Source: Gammaproteobacteria bacterium (lineage in GTDB: Bacteria; Pseudomonadota; Gammaproteobacteria; Thiohalorhabdales; Thiohalorhabdaceae). From it: a DNA stretch of 56,810 nucleotides. The stretch spans positions 1-56,810 of the forward strand of contig DATFLO010000087.1 in NCBI GenBank assembly GCA_035267605.1, read 5' to 3'. Under the pieces are notes generated by a model, which saw nothing but the letters and a program-made list of their open reading frames with translations, was not told the DNA's origin and searched no databases. Positions 26,661 through 38,826 of the stretch are shown here, piece after piece. Position numbers and translations under genes: made by a program. Each line of letters begins with the position of its first letter. Positions within the stretch are counted from its first letter, which is position 1.

Positions 26661-27524
26661 TCACGCCAGCGCCCGCAACCGCCGGATCCGCTCCTCCATG
26701 GGCGGATGGGTGGCGAACAGCTGCATCAGGTCCTGGCCGGACAGCGGGTTCACGATCATCATCTGGGCCGTGCTGGGGTGTGACTCGGCGCTGGCCATGG
26801 GCTGGCGCTCGGCGCCTTGGGTCAGCTTCTCCAGGGCGCGCGCGAGCGCCTCGGGGTCGCCGCTGATCTCCGCGCCGCCGGCATCGGCCCCGTACTCCCG
26901 GGCCCGGGAGATGGCCATCTGGATCAGGCTGGCGGCGAGGGGGGCCAGGATCATGACCAGCACGATGCCCACGATCCCCAGGGGCCCGCCGCCTTCCTCG
27001 TCGTCGCCCCCGGGCGCCGCCCCGAACAGGAGCATGAACTGGGCCATATTGGCCAGCGCCGAGATGGCCCCGGCCACGGTGGCCGCGATGGTGGAGATCA
27101 GGATGTCCCGGTTCTTCACGTGAGCCAGCTCGTGGGCCAGAACGCCGCGTACCTCCCGCTCGTCGAGCAGCTCCATGAGCCCGGCGGTGACGGCCACCGC
27201 GGCGTGATCGGGGTTGCGGCCGGTGGCGAAGGCGTTGGGGGAGGGATCGTCGACCAAGTACACCGCCGGCACGGGCAGCCCGGCGGCCCCGGCCAGCTCC
27301 TCAACGATGCCCACCAGCTGCGGCGCGGAGCCCTTGTCCACCGGCTGCGCCTTGTACATGCGCAGGACCATCTTGTCCGAATACCAGTAGGCCCCGGCGT
27401 TCATCACCAGGGCGAGCACCAGCGCGATGACCATGCCGGTGGTGCCGCCGATAACACCCCCCACCACCACGAACAGGGCAGTGAGGCCCGCCATCAGGAC
27501 GGCGGTCTTCAGGCCGCTATGCAT
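26661..27524 (-). CDS. htpX: Zinc metalloprotease HtpX
   Basis: [36 protein letters not shown]. Confidence 0.95.
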   Translation of the reverse strand: MHSGLKTAVLMAGLTALFVVVGGVIGGTTGMVIALVLALVMNAGAYWYSDKMVLRMYKAQPVDKGSAPQLVGIVEELAGAAGLPVPAVYLVDDPSPNAFATGRNPDHAAVAVTAGLMELLDEREVRGVLAHELAHVKNRDILISTIAATVAGAISALANMAQFMLLFGAAPGGDDEEGGGPLGIVGIVLVMILAPLAASLIQMAISRAREYGADAGGAEISGDPEALARALEKLTQGAERQPMASAESHPSTAQMMIVNPLSGQDLMQLFATHPPMEERIRRLRALA

Positions 27525-27590
27525 CCGTTGCTTCTCCTTGCCTGCCGCCGGACCCGGCCAGCCGGGGACCCGGAAAAATACATGAACGGT

Positions 27591-28559
27591 TCATTCGGTT
27601 CGGGCGGGGCGGGCATCCGTGCCGGCGAGCACCATGCCCTCGGCGAGGTGGCCGCCACGGACGGCGTCGGCCCCGGCCATCCGCTTGCGGCCGGGGGGCT
27701 GCACCTCCTCCAGCACCAGCAGGCGGCCGTCGCCGCAGGCCGCCGCCGGCTGGCCGTCGCCGGCAATCACCACGGTCCCCGGAGCGGCCCCGGTGGCCCC
27801 GCCGGGGCGCGCCCGCCAGATGCGCAGGGGCTCGCCGCCCACCCGGGCGAAGGCCACCGGCCAGGGATTGAAGGCGCGCACGGTCCGATCCAGGTCGCCG
27901 GCCGGCCGCGTCCAGCGCAGCTCGGCCTCCTCCTTGCCGATCTTGGCGGCATAGGAGGCCTGCCCCTCGTCCTGGGGGCGCTCCTCCAGGGTGCCCGCGC
28001 GCAGGCCGGCGAGCGCATCGCTCAGGACCGAGGCCCCGAGCTCGGCGAGGGCGTCGTGGAGCTCGCCGCCGGTGTCCCGCTCGCCGATGGGGAGCGTGCG
28101 CTGCAGCAGGATGGGGCCTGTATCCAGGCCCGGCGCCATGCGCATGATGGTAATGCCGGTCTCGCCCCGGCCATCCAGGAGGGCTCGCTGGATGGGGGCG
28201 GCCCCCCGGTAAGCCGGCAGCAGGCTGGCGTGGACATTGATGCACCCCAGGGGCGGGAGGTCGAGCACCTCGCGGGGCAGGATCAGGCCGTAGGCCGCCA
28301 CCACCAGCAGGTCCGGGTTCCAGCGCTCGAGACCGGCACGCCCCTCGGGGGTGCGCAGGGTGGCCGGCTGCTCCACCGGGATGCCGGCCGCCTCGGCCGC
28401 CCGCTTGACCGGGGGGGCCTGCAGACGCCGGCCCCGGCCGGCCGGCCGATCGGGCTGGGTGAGCACCCCCACAACCGAGTCCGGGCCCTCGAGGAGGGCC
28501 CGGAGACTGGGGACGGCGAATTCCGGCGTGCCGGCGAAAACGATGCGCAGCGCTTGCAA
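27591..28559 (-). CDS. fmt: Methionyl-tRNA formyltransferase
   Basis: FAGTPEFA, TQPDRPAGRG, NVHASLLPAYRGAAPIQ, LDTGP. Confidence 0.95.
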   Translation of the reverse strand: MQALRIVFAGTPEFAVPSLRALLEGPDSVVGVLTQPDRPAGRGRRLQAPPVKRAAEAAGIPVEQPATLRTPEGRAGLERWNPDLLVVAAYGLILPREVLDLPPLGCINVHASLLPAYRGAAPIQRALLDGRGETGITIMRMAPGLDTGPILLQRTLPIGERDTGGELHDALAELGASVLSDALAGLRAGTLEERPQDEGQASYAAKIGKEEAELRWTRPAGDLDRTVRAFNPWPVAFARVGGEPLRIWRARPGGATGAAPGTVVIAGDGQPAAACGDGRLLVLEEVQPPGRKRMAGADAVRGGHLAEGMVLAGTDARPARTE

Positions 28560-28601
28560 GAAGGCGGAGCCTTGCGTCGGTGATTGGGCCCGGCGGCCGC
28601 C

Positions 28602-29114
28602 TCAGGCGGGCGCGGCCTGGAGGCGCTTGTCCTTCTCCATCTTCTTGCGCAGCCGGTTGCGCTTGAGTCGGGACAGGTAGTCCACGAACAGCTTGCCGTC
28701 CAGGTGATCGAGCTCATGCTGGACGCAGCGCGCGGCCAGTCCGGTGAACACTTCCTCGCGCGGACTGCCGTCGCGGTCGGTGAAGCGGGCGGTGATCTCG
28801 GCGGCGCGGGTCACCGGCTCGTACACCCCGGGCAGGGACAGGCAGCCCTCGTCGCCCTCCTGCTCGCCGGAGGCGGCGACGATCTCGGGGTTCACCAGCG
28901 CCAGCGGCTGGACCTGGTCCTCGCTCACATCCATGATCAGCAGCCGCAGGTGGCGGTCCACCTGGGGCGCCGCCAGACCCACGCCGCGCGCGGCGTACAT
29001 GGTCTCCAGCATGTCGTCGATGAGCCGGCGCACGTCGTCGTCCACCGCCTCCACCGGGCGGGCATGCTGGCGCAGGCGCTCATCGGGGTAGTGCAAGATT
29101 TCCAGAACAGCCAT
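28602..29114 (-). CDS. def: Peptide deformylase
   Basis: GVGLAAPQ, EGCLS, QHELDHLDG. Confidence 0.97.
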   Translation of the reverse strand: MAVLEILHYPDERLRQHARPVEAVDDDVRRLIDDMLETMYAARGVGLAAPQVDRHLRLLIMDVSEDQVQPLALVNPEIVAASGEQEGDEGCLSLPGVYEPVTRAAEITARFTDRDGSPREEVFTGLAARCVQHELDHLDGKLFVDYLSRLKRNRLRKKMEKDKRLQAAPA

Positions 29115-29190
29115 CGGGTCCTTCCCCAGTGGTTATCCTTGTTCGAGGCGCGCGTTCGAGGCGCGCACAGGCCGCGTCACGCACCCCGGC

Positions 29191-29199
29191 AGTGTAGCA
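29191..29199 (-). promoter_or_regulatory. Extended -10 element upstream of def
   Basis: Minus strand reads TGCTACACT (TGn + TACACT) about 80 bp upstream of def. Confidence 0.4.
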
Positions 29200-29333
29200 T
29201 AGGGCCAGATTGACACCCCGGCGGGCCTTTGCCAACGTATCCCGGCCGCGCGCGGGGGGACTCCCCCAACAGACACCGATTGCGGCCGCAGGTTTCACGG
29301 CCCGGCGGCCACCAGGCGAGAGGAGACGGGCTC

Positions 29334-29642
29334 ATGGGCAGACCTTTGGGGCGGGCGCTGTTGCTGGCTGGCAGCCTGGCCATCGCCGGCTGCGGCGGCC
29401 AGGAGGCCTACGCCCCCGAGGCCGGGACCTCCGCCGCGAGCATGTTCGAGCAGGGCTGCGCCCACTGCCACGGTGCGCAGGGCCGGGGCAAGTTCGGGTT
29501 CCTGCTGGCCCTCCAGGACAGCGACCTGGCCCAGCCCGACATCGAGGCCCTCATCGCCAACGGCGAGGGCATCATGCCCGCCTTTCCCCACCTCTCCGCC
29601 GACCAGCGCCGCCAGCTGGCCGCCTACGTGCGCGGGCTGTGA
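29334..29642 (+). CDS. Monoheme class I cytochrome c, probable lipoprotein
   Basis: Lipobox-like IAGC, CAHCH heme motif, distal Met in GIMPAF; AGGAG RBS. Confidence 0.88.
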   Translation: MGRPLGRALLLAGSLAIAGCGGQEAYAPEAGTSAASMFEQGCAHCHGAQGRGKFGFLLALQDSDLAQPDIEALIANGEGIMPAFPHLSADQRRQLAAYVRGL

Positions 29643-30436
29643 GCGCGCGGCCCGCCGCCGCTGCCGCCCTGGCCCTGGCCCTCGGGGGGGTGGCGACCGC
29701 CCCCGCCAGGGCCGACGACACGCCGCTGGTCCGGCTCAACGGCGAGCCCATCCGTGCCCAGGACCTGGAGGCCTTCCGCGGGCATCAGCACGGCCAAGGG
29801 GATGCCGGCACATCCCGGGACCTGCCCGAGGGCGTGGCCCTGGAGCAGCTCATCAACCGCCGGCTCCTGCTCGGTGCCGCCCGCGACCGCGACCTGGCCG
29901 GCGACCCCGAGGTCAAGCAGGCCCTGGAGCAGGCGCGGCGCGACATCCTGATCGATACTCTGCTGCGGCGGGTGGTCGCCCAACGGGTCACCCACCAGCG
30001 CATCGAGAGCTTCTACGAGGCCCATTTCGCACGCGCCGAGCGGATCCCCCAGCTGCGCGTGCTCCGGCGCACCGCGCCGACGCGCGAAGCCGCCGGCCGG
30101 CTGCAGCGCCAGCTTTCCGGCCAGGCTTCCGGCGAGGGCGGCGAGTGGGTGTTCGCCGACCTGCAGCCGCCCGCCCTCGCCGAGGCCCTCGCCAAGACCA
30201 AGCCGGGGACGGTGGTGGGGCCCGTTGCCAGCCACGGCGGCTGGACGGTGGCCCGCGTCACCGACCGCCGCACCGTGGACCCGCCGGCCCTCAAGGCAGT
30301 CCGCGATGCCATCCGCAGCCGCCTCGAATACGAGGCGGTGCGCACCTATCTCGCCCACCTGCGGGATGCCGCCAAGGTGGAGTACCTGCGCAGCGCCGAG
30401 CCCGGCGCCGGAGGCGGCGGCCAGGACCCCCGCTGA
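29639..30436 (+). CDS. Exported PrsA/PpiC-like foldase with degenerate parvulin domain
   Basis: Signal peptide, LNGEPI, LEQLINRRLL, GPVASHGGW..V, PPALKAVRDAIR, LRDAAKVE; GTGA overlap with cytochrome gene. Confidence 0.7.
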   Translation: MSARPAAAAALALALGGVATAPARADDTPLVRLNGEPIRAQDLEAFRGHQHGQGDAGTSRDLPEGVALEQLINRRLLLGAARDRDLAGDPEVKQALEQARRDILIDTLLRRVVAQRVTHQRIESFYEAHFARAERIPQLRVLRRTAPTREAAGRLQRQLSGQASGEGGEWVFADLQPPALAEALAKTKPGTVVGPVASHGGWTVARVTDRRTVDPPALKAVRDAIRSRLEYEAVRTYLAHLRDAAKVEYLRSAEPGAGGGGQDPR

Positions 30437-30542
30437 GGCGCGGTTTGATTGCCCTTTGGGCCACGATGTGGTAGCCAGATTGGGAGCCCGGGCGTCTCAT
30501 CGACGGCACCCGGCCGAACCACCCACCGATAGTGTAAGGCCT

Positions 30543-31583
30543 ATGCCATTGCGCACCTTGCTGCTCGTGCTCGCCCTGGCCCCGGTTGCGGCCTGGGGCC
30601 TGACCAAGGACGACCTGCGCGAGGATGCGCCCCAGGTCTACACGGTCAAGAAGGGCGACACCCTCTGGGACATCTCCGCCAAGTTCCTGGACAACCCCTG
30701 GCGCTGGCCCGATCTGTGGGACAGCAACCCCTACATCTCCAACCCCGACCTGATCTACCCGGGGGACCGGCTGCGCCTATACTTGGAGAACGGCGAGCCC
30801 CGGCTGGCCCGCCAGCGGGTTGAGCGTCTCTCGCCCAAGGTGAAGAGCGCCGAAGCCCAGCGCCTGGAGGCCATTACCACCATCGACCGCAGCGTGGCGC
30901 TCCCCTACGTGGATCGCTACGGCCTGCTCCCCAAGGGGATCAGTCCGGAGACGGTGGGCGGGCACCTGGTGGCCGGCGCCAAGGAGCGGGTGATGTACGC
31001 CAGCGGCGACGAGGTCTTCGTCCGCCTCGGCGACCAGGGGGACGAGGACCACCGCTTCTGGTACACCTTCCACAAGCCCCAGCCGGTCTACGATCCCGCT
31101 AGCGGCGATCTGCTCGGCTACCTGCTGGAGCACACCGGGGTCCTGCATGTGGCCGGTCCCGCCGGCGACGAGGGCCTGTTCCGCGCCAACGTCCAGCGCA
31201 CCTACGCCCCCATCGAGCAGGGCGACCGCCTCTACCCGGGCAAGGCGGCCGCCGCCGAGACCCGGTACATGCCCAAGCCGGCCCCCGAGGTGGCGGGCCA
31301 GGTGGTGCGCCACGTGGGCGGCGAGTCCATTGTCGGCGAGGGCCAGATGGTGGTCCTCAATCTCGGCGCCCGCGACGGGCTCGAGAAGGGCAGCGTGCTG
31401 ATCGTGCGCACCGACAAGCGCGTCGTTGAGGATCCGCGTTCCGGCGAGGACACGCGGCTCCCGGGTCGCCGAAAGGGGGTGGTCATGATCATCCAGACCG
31501 GGCAGCGGCTTTCCTTTGGCCTCATCATGCAGAACCGCCTGCCCATCGAGGCCGGCGACCGGGTGGTCAACCCGGAGGGCTGA
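30543..31583 (+). CDS. LysM peptidoglycan-binding protein (TsaP-like)
   Basis: Signal peptide; YTVKKGDTLWDIS..PWRWP..W..NP.I.NPDLIYPGD; usual position upstream of dprA. Confidence 0.9.
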   Translation: MPLRTLLLVLALAPVAAWGLTKDDLREDAPQVYTVKKGDTLWDISAKFLDNPWRWPDLWDSNPYISNPDLIYPGDRLRLYLENGEPRLARQRVERLSPKVKSAEAQRLEAITTIDRSVALPYVDRYGLLPKGISPETVGGHLVAGAKERVMYASGDEVFVRLGDQGDEDHRFWYTFHKPQPVYDPASGDLLGYLLEHTGVLHVAGPAGDEGLFRANVQRTYAPIEQGDRLYPGKAAAAETRYMPKPAPEVAGQVVRHVGGESIVGEGQMVVLNLGARDGLEKGSVLIVRTDKRVVEDPRSGEDTRLPGRRKGVVMIIQTGQRLSFGLIMQNRLPIEAGDRVVNPEG

Positions 31584-31673
31584 TGGTCCCCGCCCGCAAA
31601 GCCGCTGGGGCCCCGCCGGGGGTGCCGGAGTGGCCGGCGCCCCGGCGGGGCCGCTCCGCCCTGGAGGCCTAGG

Positions 31674-32795
31674 GTGCCGCTCGGGGCCCGCGGCCGGGCC
31701 TGGCTCGAGCTCCGCCACCTGCCGGGGGTGGGGCCGCGCGTTCTCGGCCCCCTGATTGGCCGCCTGCCGGATCCGGCGGCCGCCCTCGACGACCCCGCCG
31801 CCCTGGAGGCCGCCGGCCTGCCCCAGGGCAGCGCCGAAACCCTCGCGCGCCGCCGTCCCGGCGCCGGCTTCCATGCCGACTGCCGCTGGCTGGAAGACCC
31901 GGAGCGCCACCTTCTCGTCCGCGGCGACCCGGGCTATCCCGCCCTCCTCGCCGCCATTGTCGAGCCGCCGCCGCTGCTGTACCTGGAAGGGGATCCTGCG
32001 GCCATCGACCGCGGCCCGGCGGTGGCCATCGTCGGCAGCCGGACGGCCACCCGCGCCGGCCGTGACAACGCCCGCTCCTTCGCCCGTGATCTGGCCGGCT
32101 GCGGCTTCACCGTGATCAGCGGACTGGCCGCGGGCATCGACGCCGCCGCCCATCGCGGCGCCCTTGAAGCCGGCGGCATCACCGCGGCGGTGCAGGGCTG
32201 CGGGCCGGACCGCGTCTATCCGGCCGAGCACGCGGCCCTCGCGGCTGACATCGCCGCCGGCGGGGCATTGGTCACCGAGCTCCCGGTGGGCACCCCGCCC
32301 CGGGCCGCGCACTTCCCCCAGCGCAACCGGCTGATCAGCGGCCTGTCCCTGGGGGTGCTGGTGGTGGAGGCCGGCGCCAAGAGCGGGGCCTTGACCACCG
32401 CGCGCTGGGCAGGTAGTCAAGGGAGGGAGGTCCTGGCCGTTCCGGGACCCATCAACTCCCCGCTCAGCCGCGGGCCCCACGGCCTCATCCGGGAGGGCGC
32501 CAAGCTGGTGGAAAACCTCGCCGACATCGCCGAGGAACTCCGCACCGACCGCCCGGTCCCATCCCGTACGGGCCACCCCCCGTCGCTCCCCGACGACCTC
32601 ACCCCCGACCAGGCCCTGGTGGCCGAAAACGTGGACTTTCAGCCCACCGCCCTGGATGAGGTGGTGGCCGGCTCCGGGTTGACCCCCGACAGGGTTTCGG
32701 CCATTCTCCTTGAGCTTGAAATCCGGGGGGTTGTCGCCGCCGAGCCCGGCGGCCGGTTCACCCGCACACCCGCACGAGGGACCCCAGGATCATGA
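31674..32795 (+). CDS. dprA: DNA-processing protein DprA
   Basis: AIVGSR, SGLAAGIDAAAH, FPQRNRLISGLS, EAGAKSGALTTA, LIREGAKLV, C-terminal winged helix. Confidence 0.95.
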   Translation: MPLGARGRAWLELRHLPGVGPRVLGPLIGRLPDPAAALDDPAALEAAGLPQGSAETLARRRPGAGFHADCRWLEDPERHLLVRGDPGYPALLAAIVEPPPLLYLEGDPAAIDRGPAVAIVGSRTATRAGRDNARSFARDLAGCGFTVISGLAAGIDAAAHRGALEAGGITAAVQGCGPDRVYPAEHAALAADIAAGGALVTELPVGTPPRAAHFPQRNRLISGLSLGVLVVEAGAKSGALTTARWAGSQGREVLAVPGPINSPLSRGPHGLIREGAKLVENLADIAEELRTDRPVPSRTGHPPSLPDDLTPDQALVAENVDFQPTALDEVVAGSGLTPDRVSAILLELEIRGVVAAEPGGRFTRTPARGTPGS

Positions 32796-33277
32796 ACGAG
32801 AACGTCCTCGACATCCTGATGTACCTGTTCGAGAACTATTTCTCCGAGCCCATGGAAGAGGAGCCCGATCAGCGGACCCTGGAGACCGAGCTGGTGGAGG
32901 CCGGCTTCGCCGAGCCCAACGTCCGCAAGGCCTTCACCTGGCTCGAAGGGCTCGCCGACCAGCAGGCCGGGACCGAGGAGGCCCCCGTGGGGACCCCGTC
33001 CCGGCGCGCCGTGCGGGTCTTCACCCCCGGCGAGGCCCACAAGCTCAGCCGCGACGCCCGCGGCTTCCTGATCTTCCTCGAGGACACCGGCGTCGTGGAT
33101 CCCGCCACCCGGGAGCTGGTCATCGACCGGCTGATGGCCCTCGACAGCGAGGAGATCGACACCGAGGCCCTGTCCTGGGTCCTGCTCATGGTCCTGCACA
33201 ACAGCCCGGGGCAGGAGGGGGCCTATGTCTGGGTCGAGGACATGATCTTCGACCGCATGGACGGGGTGCTGCATTAA
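32792..33277 (+). CDS. smg: Smg (DUF494) protein
   Basis: DILMYLFENY, AFTWLEGL, RELVIDRLMAL; ATGA overlap with dprA. Confidence 0.9.
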   Translation: MNENVLDILMYLFENYFSEPMEEEPDQRTLETELVEAGFAEPNVRKAFTWLEGLADQQAGTEEAPVGTPSRRAVRVFTPGEAHKLSRDARGFLIFLEDTGVVDPATRELVIDRLMALDSEEIDTEALSWVLLMVLHNSPGQEGAYVWVEDMIFDRMDGVLH

Positions 33278-33431
33278 TCCCGCGCCCCGCCCCGGAGCCT
33301 GGGCCGCCTGGCCGACGCCGGGCGGCCTTGCCTTTTTCAGGGAACCCGACCGTCCCGCTACCGGTCATGCATGACATCGGGGCCGCCGCCGGCGGCCGAG
33401 CGTAGCCCGGAAGGGGCCAGGACCGCAGACC

Positions 33432-35792
33432 ATGGCAAAGCATCTCGTCGTCGTCGAGTCGCCGGCCAAGGCGAAGAGCATCAACAACTACCTGGGCAAC
33501 GACTACAAGGTCGTTGCCTCCTACGGCCACGTCCGCGACCTGCGTGCCAAGGAAGGGGCGGTGGACCCGGACCACGACTTCCGCATGACCTACGAGGTCA
33601 TCGACCGCAACAAGAAGCACGTGGACGCCATCGCCACCGAGCTGGAGAACGCCGACAGCCTCGTGCTCGCCACCGACCCGGACCGCGAGGGCGAGGCCAT
33701 CGCCTGGCACCTGGCCGAGCTCATGCGCGGACGCGGCCTGCTTGCGGGCAAGCCGGTGTACCGGGTGGTGTTCCACGAGATCACCAAGGCCGCCGTTCAG
33801 GAGGCCATGGACCGGCCCCGCGACATCTCCGACGAGCTGGTCAACGCCCAGCAGGCACGGCGGGCCCTGGACTACCTGGTGGGCTTCAACCTCTCGCCGC
33901 TGCTGTGGAAGAAGGTCCGGCGCGGGCTCTCCGCCGGCCGCGTGCAGAGCCCGGCGCTGCGGCTTATCGCCGAGCGCGAGGAGGAGATCGAGGCCTTCCA
34001 GCCCACCGAGTACTGGTCCATCGAGGCGGATCTGGCCGCCCCCGCCGAGGACGGCCAGCTGGCCCCGTTCACCGCCCAGCTGGTCCAGGCCGAGGGTGAC
34101 AAGCTGGAGAAGCTGTCCATCGGCGACGGCGAGCGCGCCGAGACCCTGCGTGCCCGCGTCGAGGGTGCCGCCGTGGATGGCCGCCTGCCGGTCACCGCGG
34201 TGGAGAAGAAGCAGCGCAAGCGCAACCCCGCGGCGCCGTTCACCACCTCCACCCTGCAGCAGGAGGCCTCGCGCAAGCTCGGCTTTTCCGTGTCCAAGAC
34301 CATGCGCGTGGCCCAGCAGCTGTACGAGGGCATGGACCTGGGCGAGGGCACCGTCGGCCTCATTACCTACATGCGTACCGACTCGGTGAACCTCTCCACC
34401 GAGGCGGTGGAGGAGGCCCGTCAGGTCATCGGCGAGCGCTATGGCCCCGATTTCCTGCCGGACTCCCCGCGGGTGTTCAAGGCCCAGTCCAAGAACGCCC
34501 AGGAGGCCCACGAGGCCATCCGCCCCACCAGCCCCTCGCGCCATCCGGAAGCGGTCAAGGACAAGCTCGACCGCGACCAGGCGCGCCTGTACGACCTCGT
34601 CTGGAAGCGCATGGTGGCCGGGCAGATGAGCCACGCCCTGGTCGACACCGTGGCCGCCCACTTCGAGCTCGAGCCCGGCTGGACCCTCAAGGCCACCGGC
34701 TCCACCGTGGCCTTCCCCGGCTTCCTCAAGGTCTATGAGGAGGGCAAGGACGACGCCGGCGACGACAAGGAGAACCAGCTGCCGCCGCTGGCCGAGGGCG
34801 ACCGTCCGGAGCTGGCCGAGGTGCGCAAGGAGCAGCACTTCACCGAGCCGCCGCCGCGCTATACCGAGGCCACCCTGGTCAAGAAGCTGGAGTCCTTCGG
34901 CATCGGACGGCCGTCCACCTACGCCTCCATCCTGTCCACCCTGCAGGACCGGGGCTACGCCGAGCTGGAGAACAAGCGGTTCTTCCTCACCGACGTGGGC
35001 CGCGTGGTCAGCCGCTTCCTGACCAATCACTTCACCGATTACGTGGACTACGAGTTCACCGCCCGGCTGGAGGACGAGCTCGACGCCGTGGCCCGCGGCG
35101 AGGCGGATTGGAAGCCCGTCCTGCGGCGCTTCTGGGATCCCTTCCACAAGCAGGTGGAGGAGAAGGAGCACTCGGTGACCCGCGCCGAGGTGACCTCCGA
35201 GCCCCTCGACGAGAAGTGTCCCAAGTGCGGTGCCGGCCTGGAGAAGAAGCTGGGGCGCAACGGCCAGTTCATCGGCTGCTCGGCCTACCCCGAGTGCGAC
35301 TACACGCGGCCGGTGGAGGGCGAGGCCGCCGAGCCCGAGGTAACCGACAAGCAGTGCCCGGAGTGCGGCAAGCCGCTCGCCATCAAGCACGGCCGCTACG
35401 GCAAATTCCTGGGCTGCTCCGGATACCCCGAGTGCAAGCACCGCGAGCCGCTGGAGAAGCCCGAGGGTACCGGGGTCACCTGCCCCGAATGCGGCGAGGG
35501 CGAGATCCAGTCCAAGAAGAACCGCCGCGGCAAGATCTTCTACAGCTGCAACCGCTACCCCAAGTGCAAGTACGCCATGCCCAATCCGCCCATCGCGGAG
35601 AGCTGCCCCAAGTGCGGCTCCGGCGTGCTGATGGACAAGACCACCAAGAAGTACGGCCGCGAGAAGGTCTGCCCCAACAAGGAATGCGACTTCCGCGAGG
35701 CCTTCCCCGAGGACGAGCAGGACGCGGTGGAGCAGGGCGGCAGCGATGCGCCGGCGGAGGAGCGCCAGCCGGCTCAGGCGAAGTCGAAGTAG
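33432..35792 (+). CDS. topA: DNA topoisomerase I
   Basis: VESPAKAK, ATDPDREGEAI, SAGRVQS, ITYMRTDS, GIGRPSTY; four C-terminal Cys-rich zinc ribbons. Confidence 0.97.
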   Translation: MAKHLVVVESPAKAKSINNYLGNDYKVVASYGHVRDLRAKEGAVDPDHDFRMTYEVIDRNKKHVDAIATELENADSLVLATDPDREGEAIAWHLAELMRGRGLLAGKPVYRVVFHEITKAAVQEAMDRPRDISDELVNAQQARRALDYLVGFNLSPLLWKKVRRGLSAGRVQSPALRLIAEREEEIEAFQPTEYWSIEADLAAPAEDGQLAPFTAQLVQAEGDKLEKLSIGDGERAETLRARVEGAAVDGRLPVTAVEKKQRKRNPAAPFTTSTLQQEASRKLGFSVSKTMRVAQQLYEGMDLGEGTVGLITYMRTDSVNLSTEAVEEARQVIGERYGPDFLPDSPRVFKAQSKNAQEAHEAIRPTSPSRHPEAVKDKLDRDQARLYDLVWKRMVAGQMSHALVDTVAAHFELEPGWTLKATGSTVAFPGFLKVYEEGKDDAGDDKENQLPPLAEGDRPELAEVRKEQHFTEPPPRYTEATLVKKLESFGIGRPSTYASILSTLQDRGYAELENKRFFLTDVGRVVSRFLTNHFTDYVDYEFTARLEDELDAVARGEADWKPVLRRFWDPFHKQVEEKEHSVTRAEVTSEPLDEKCPKCGAGLEKKLGRNGQFIGCSAYPECDYTRPVEGEAAEPEVTDKQCPECGKPLAIKHGRYGKFLGCSGYPECKHREPLEKPEGTGVTCPECGEGEIQSKKNRRGKIFYSCNRYPKCKYAMPNPPIAESCPKCGSGVLMDKTTKKYGREKVCPNKECDFREAFPEDEQDAVEQGGSDAPAEERQPAQAKSK

Positions 35793-35972
35793 TTTTCAGT
35801 TTTCAGTTTTCAGTTTTCAGTTTTCAGTTTTCAGTTTTCAGTTTTCAGTTTTCAGTTTTCAGTTTTCAGTTGGTAATTGGAAAGGGTTCGCGCGCGGGTT
35901 CCCGCGAAAGCTCCGGTCCACGGATTTTTCCGATTTTTTTACTGAAAACTTAATCACTTAACACTTAAAACT
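35791..35972. repeat. (AGTTTTC)11 array plus inverted heptamer arm, copy B
   Basis: Eleven perfect AGTTTTC units 35791-35867; inverted arm ACTGAAAACTTAATCACTTAACACTTAAAACT 35941-35972. Confidence 0.9.
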
Positions 35973-36316
35973 GCCGTTTCCTTCCTGCCCCGGCAACAAC
36001 CGGGCGCGCTTTCCCCATCCGCCGCACCTCCGCTGGACCCGGCGTGCCTGCCGGACGAACCCTTTGCCCGGCCGCTGTCCCTCTTTGCCTCCGCCGCCGA
36101 CGTCATGGAGGTAGGCGTTCCGCCTCCGGACCCCCCCGGGATCCACGGGTCCGTGCTGCCCGGGGGCCGCGTTCGGAGGGCTTCCGGTGCTACCGCGGTG
36201 CGCGGCCGCGTCAGACGGCCGGAACCGGCCCGTCTGTGCAAGCCCCCCGGCCGCGCCCAGTACCCCCCTGGTCCCCTCGGAAAATTGCCTGAAAACCCCC
36301 GCTTTCGGGCCCCCGC

Positions 36317-36346
36317 AAAAAGGCCAGGGGGAAATTCCCCCTGGCC
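36317..36346 (-). terminator. Intrinsic terminator of the dnaA-gyrB operon
   Basis: GGCCAGGGGG stem (36322-36346) followed by TTTTT on the minus strand, 50 bp after the gyrB stop. Confidence 0.75.
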
Positions 36347-36396
36347 CGGTTCCGGCGCGGGACCGCTCGCCGGCGTCCCCGACGGGTGGCTTCCCC

Positions 36397-38826
<2,430 letters not shown>

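Noticed and set aside
35791-35867. Possible CRISPR array
   Set aside because: Contiguous 7-bp units with no spacers and no cas genes.
35746-35961. ORF with FQFSVFS repeats
   Set aside because: Just the translation of the AGTTTTC array; overlaps topA.
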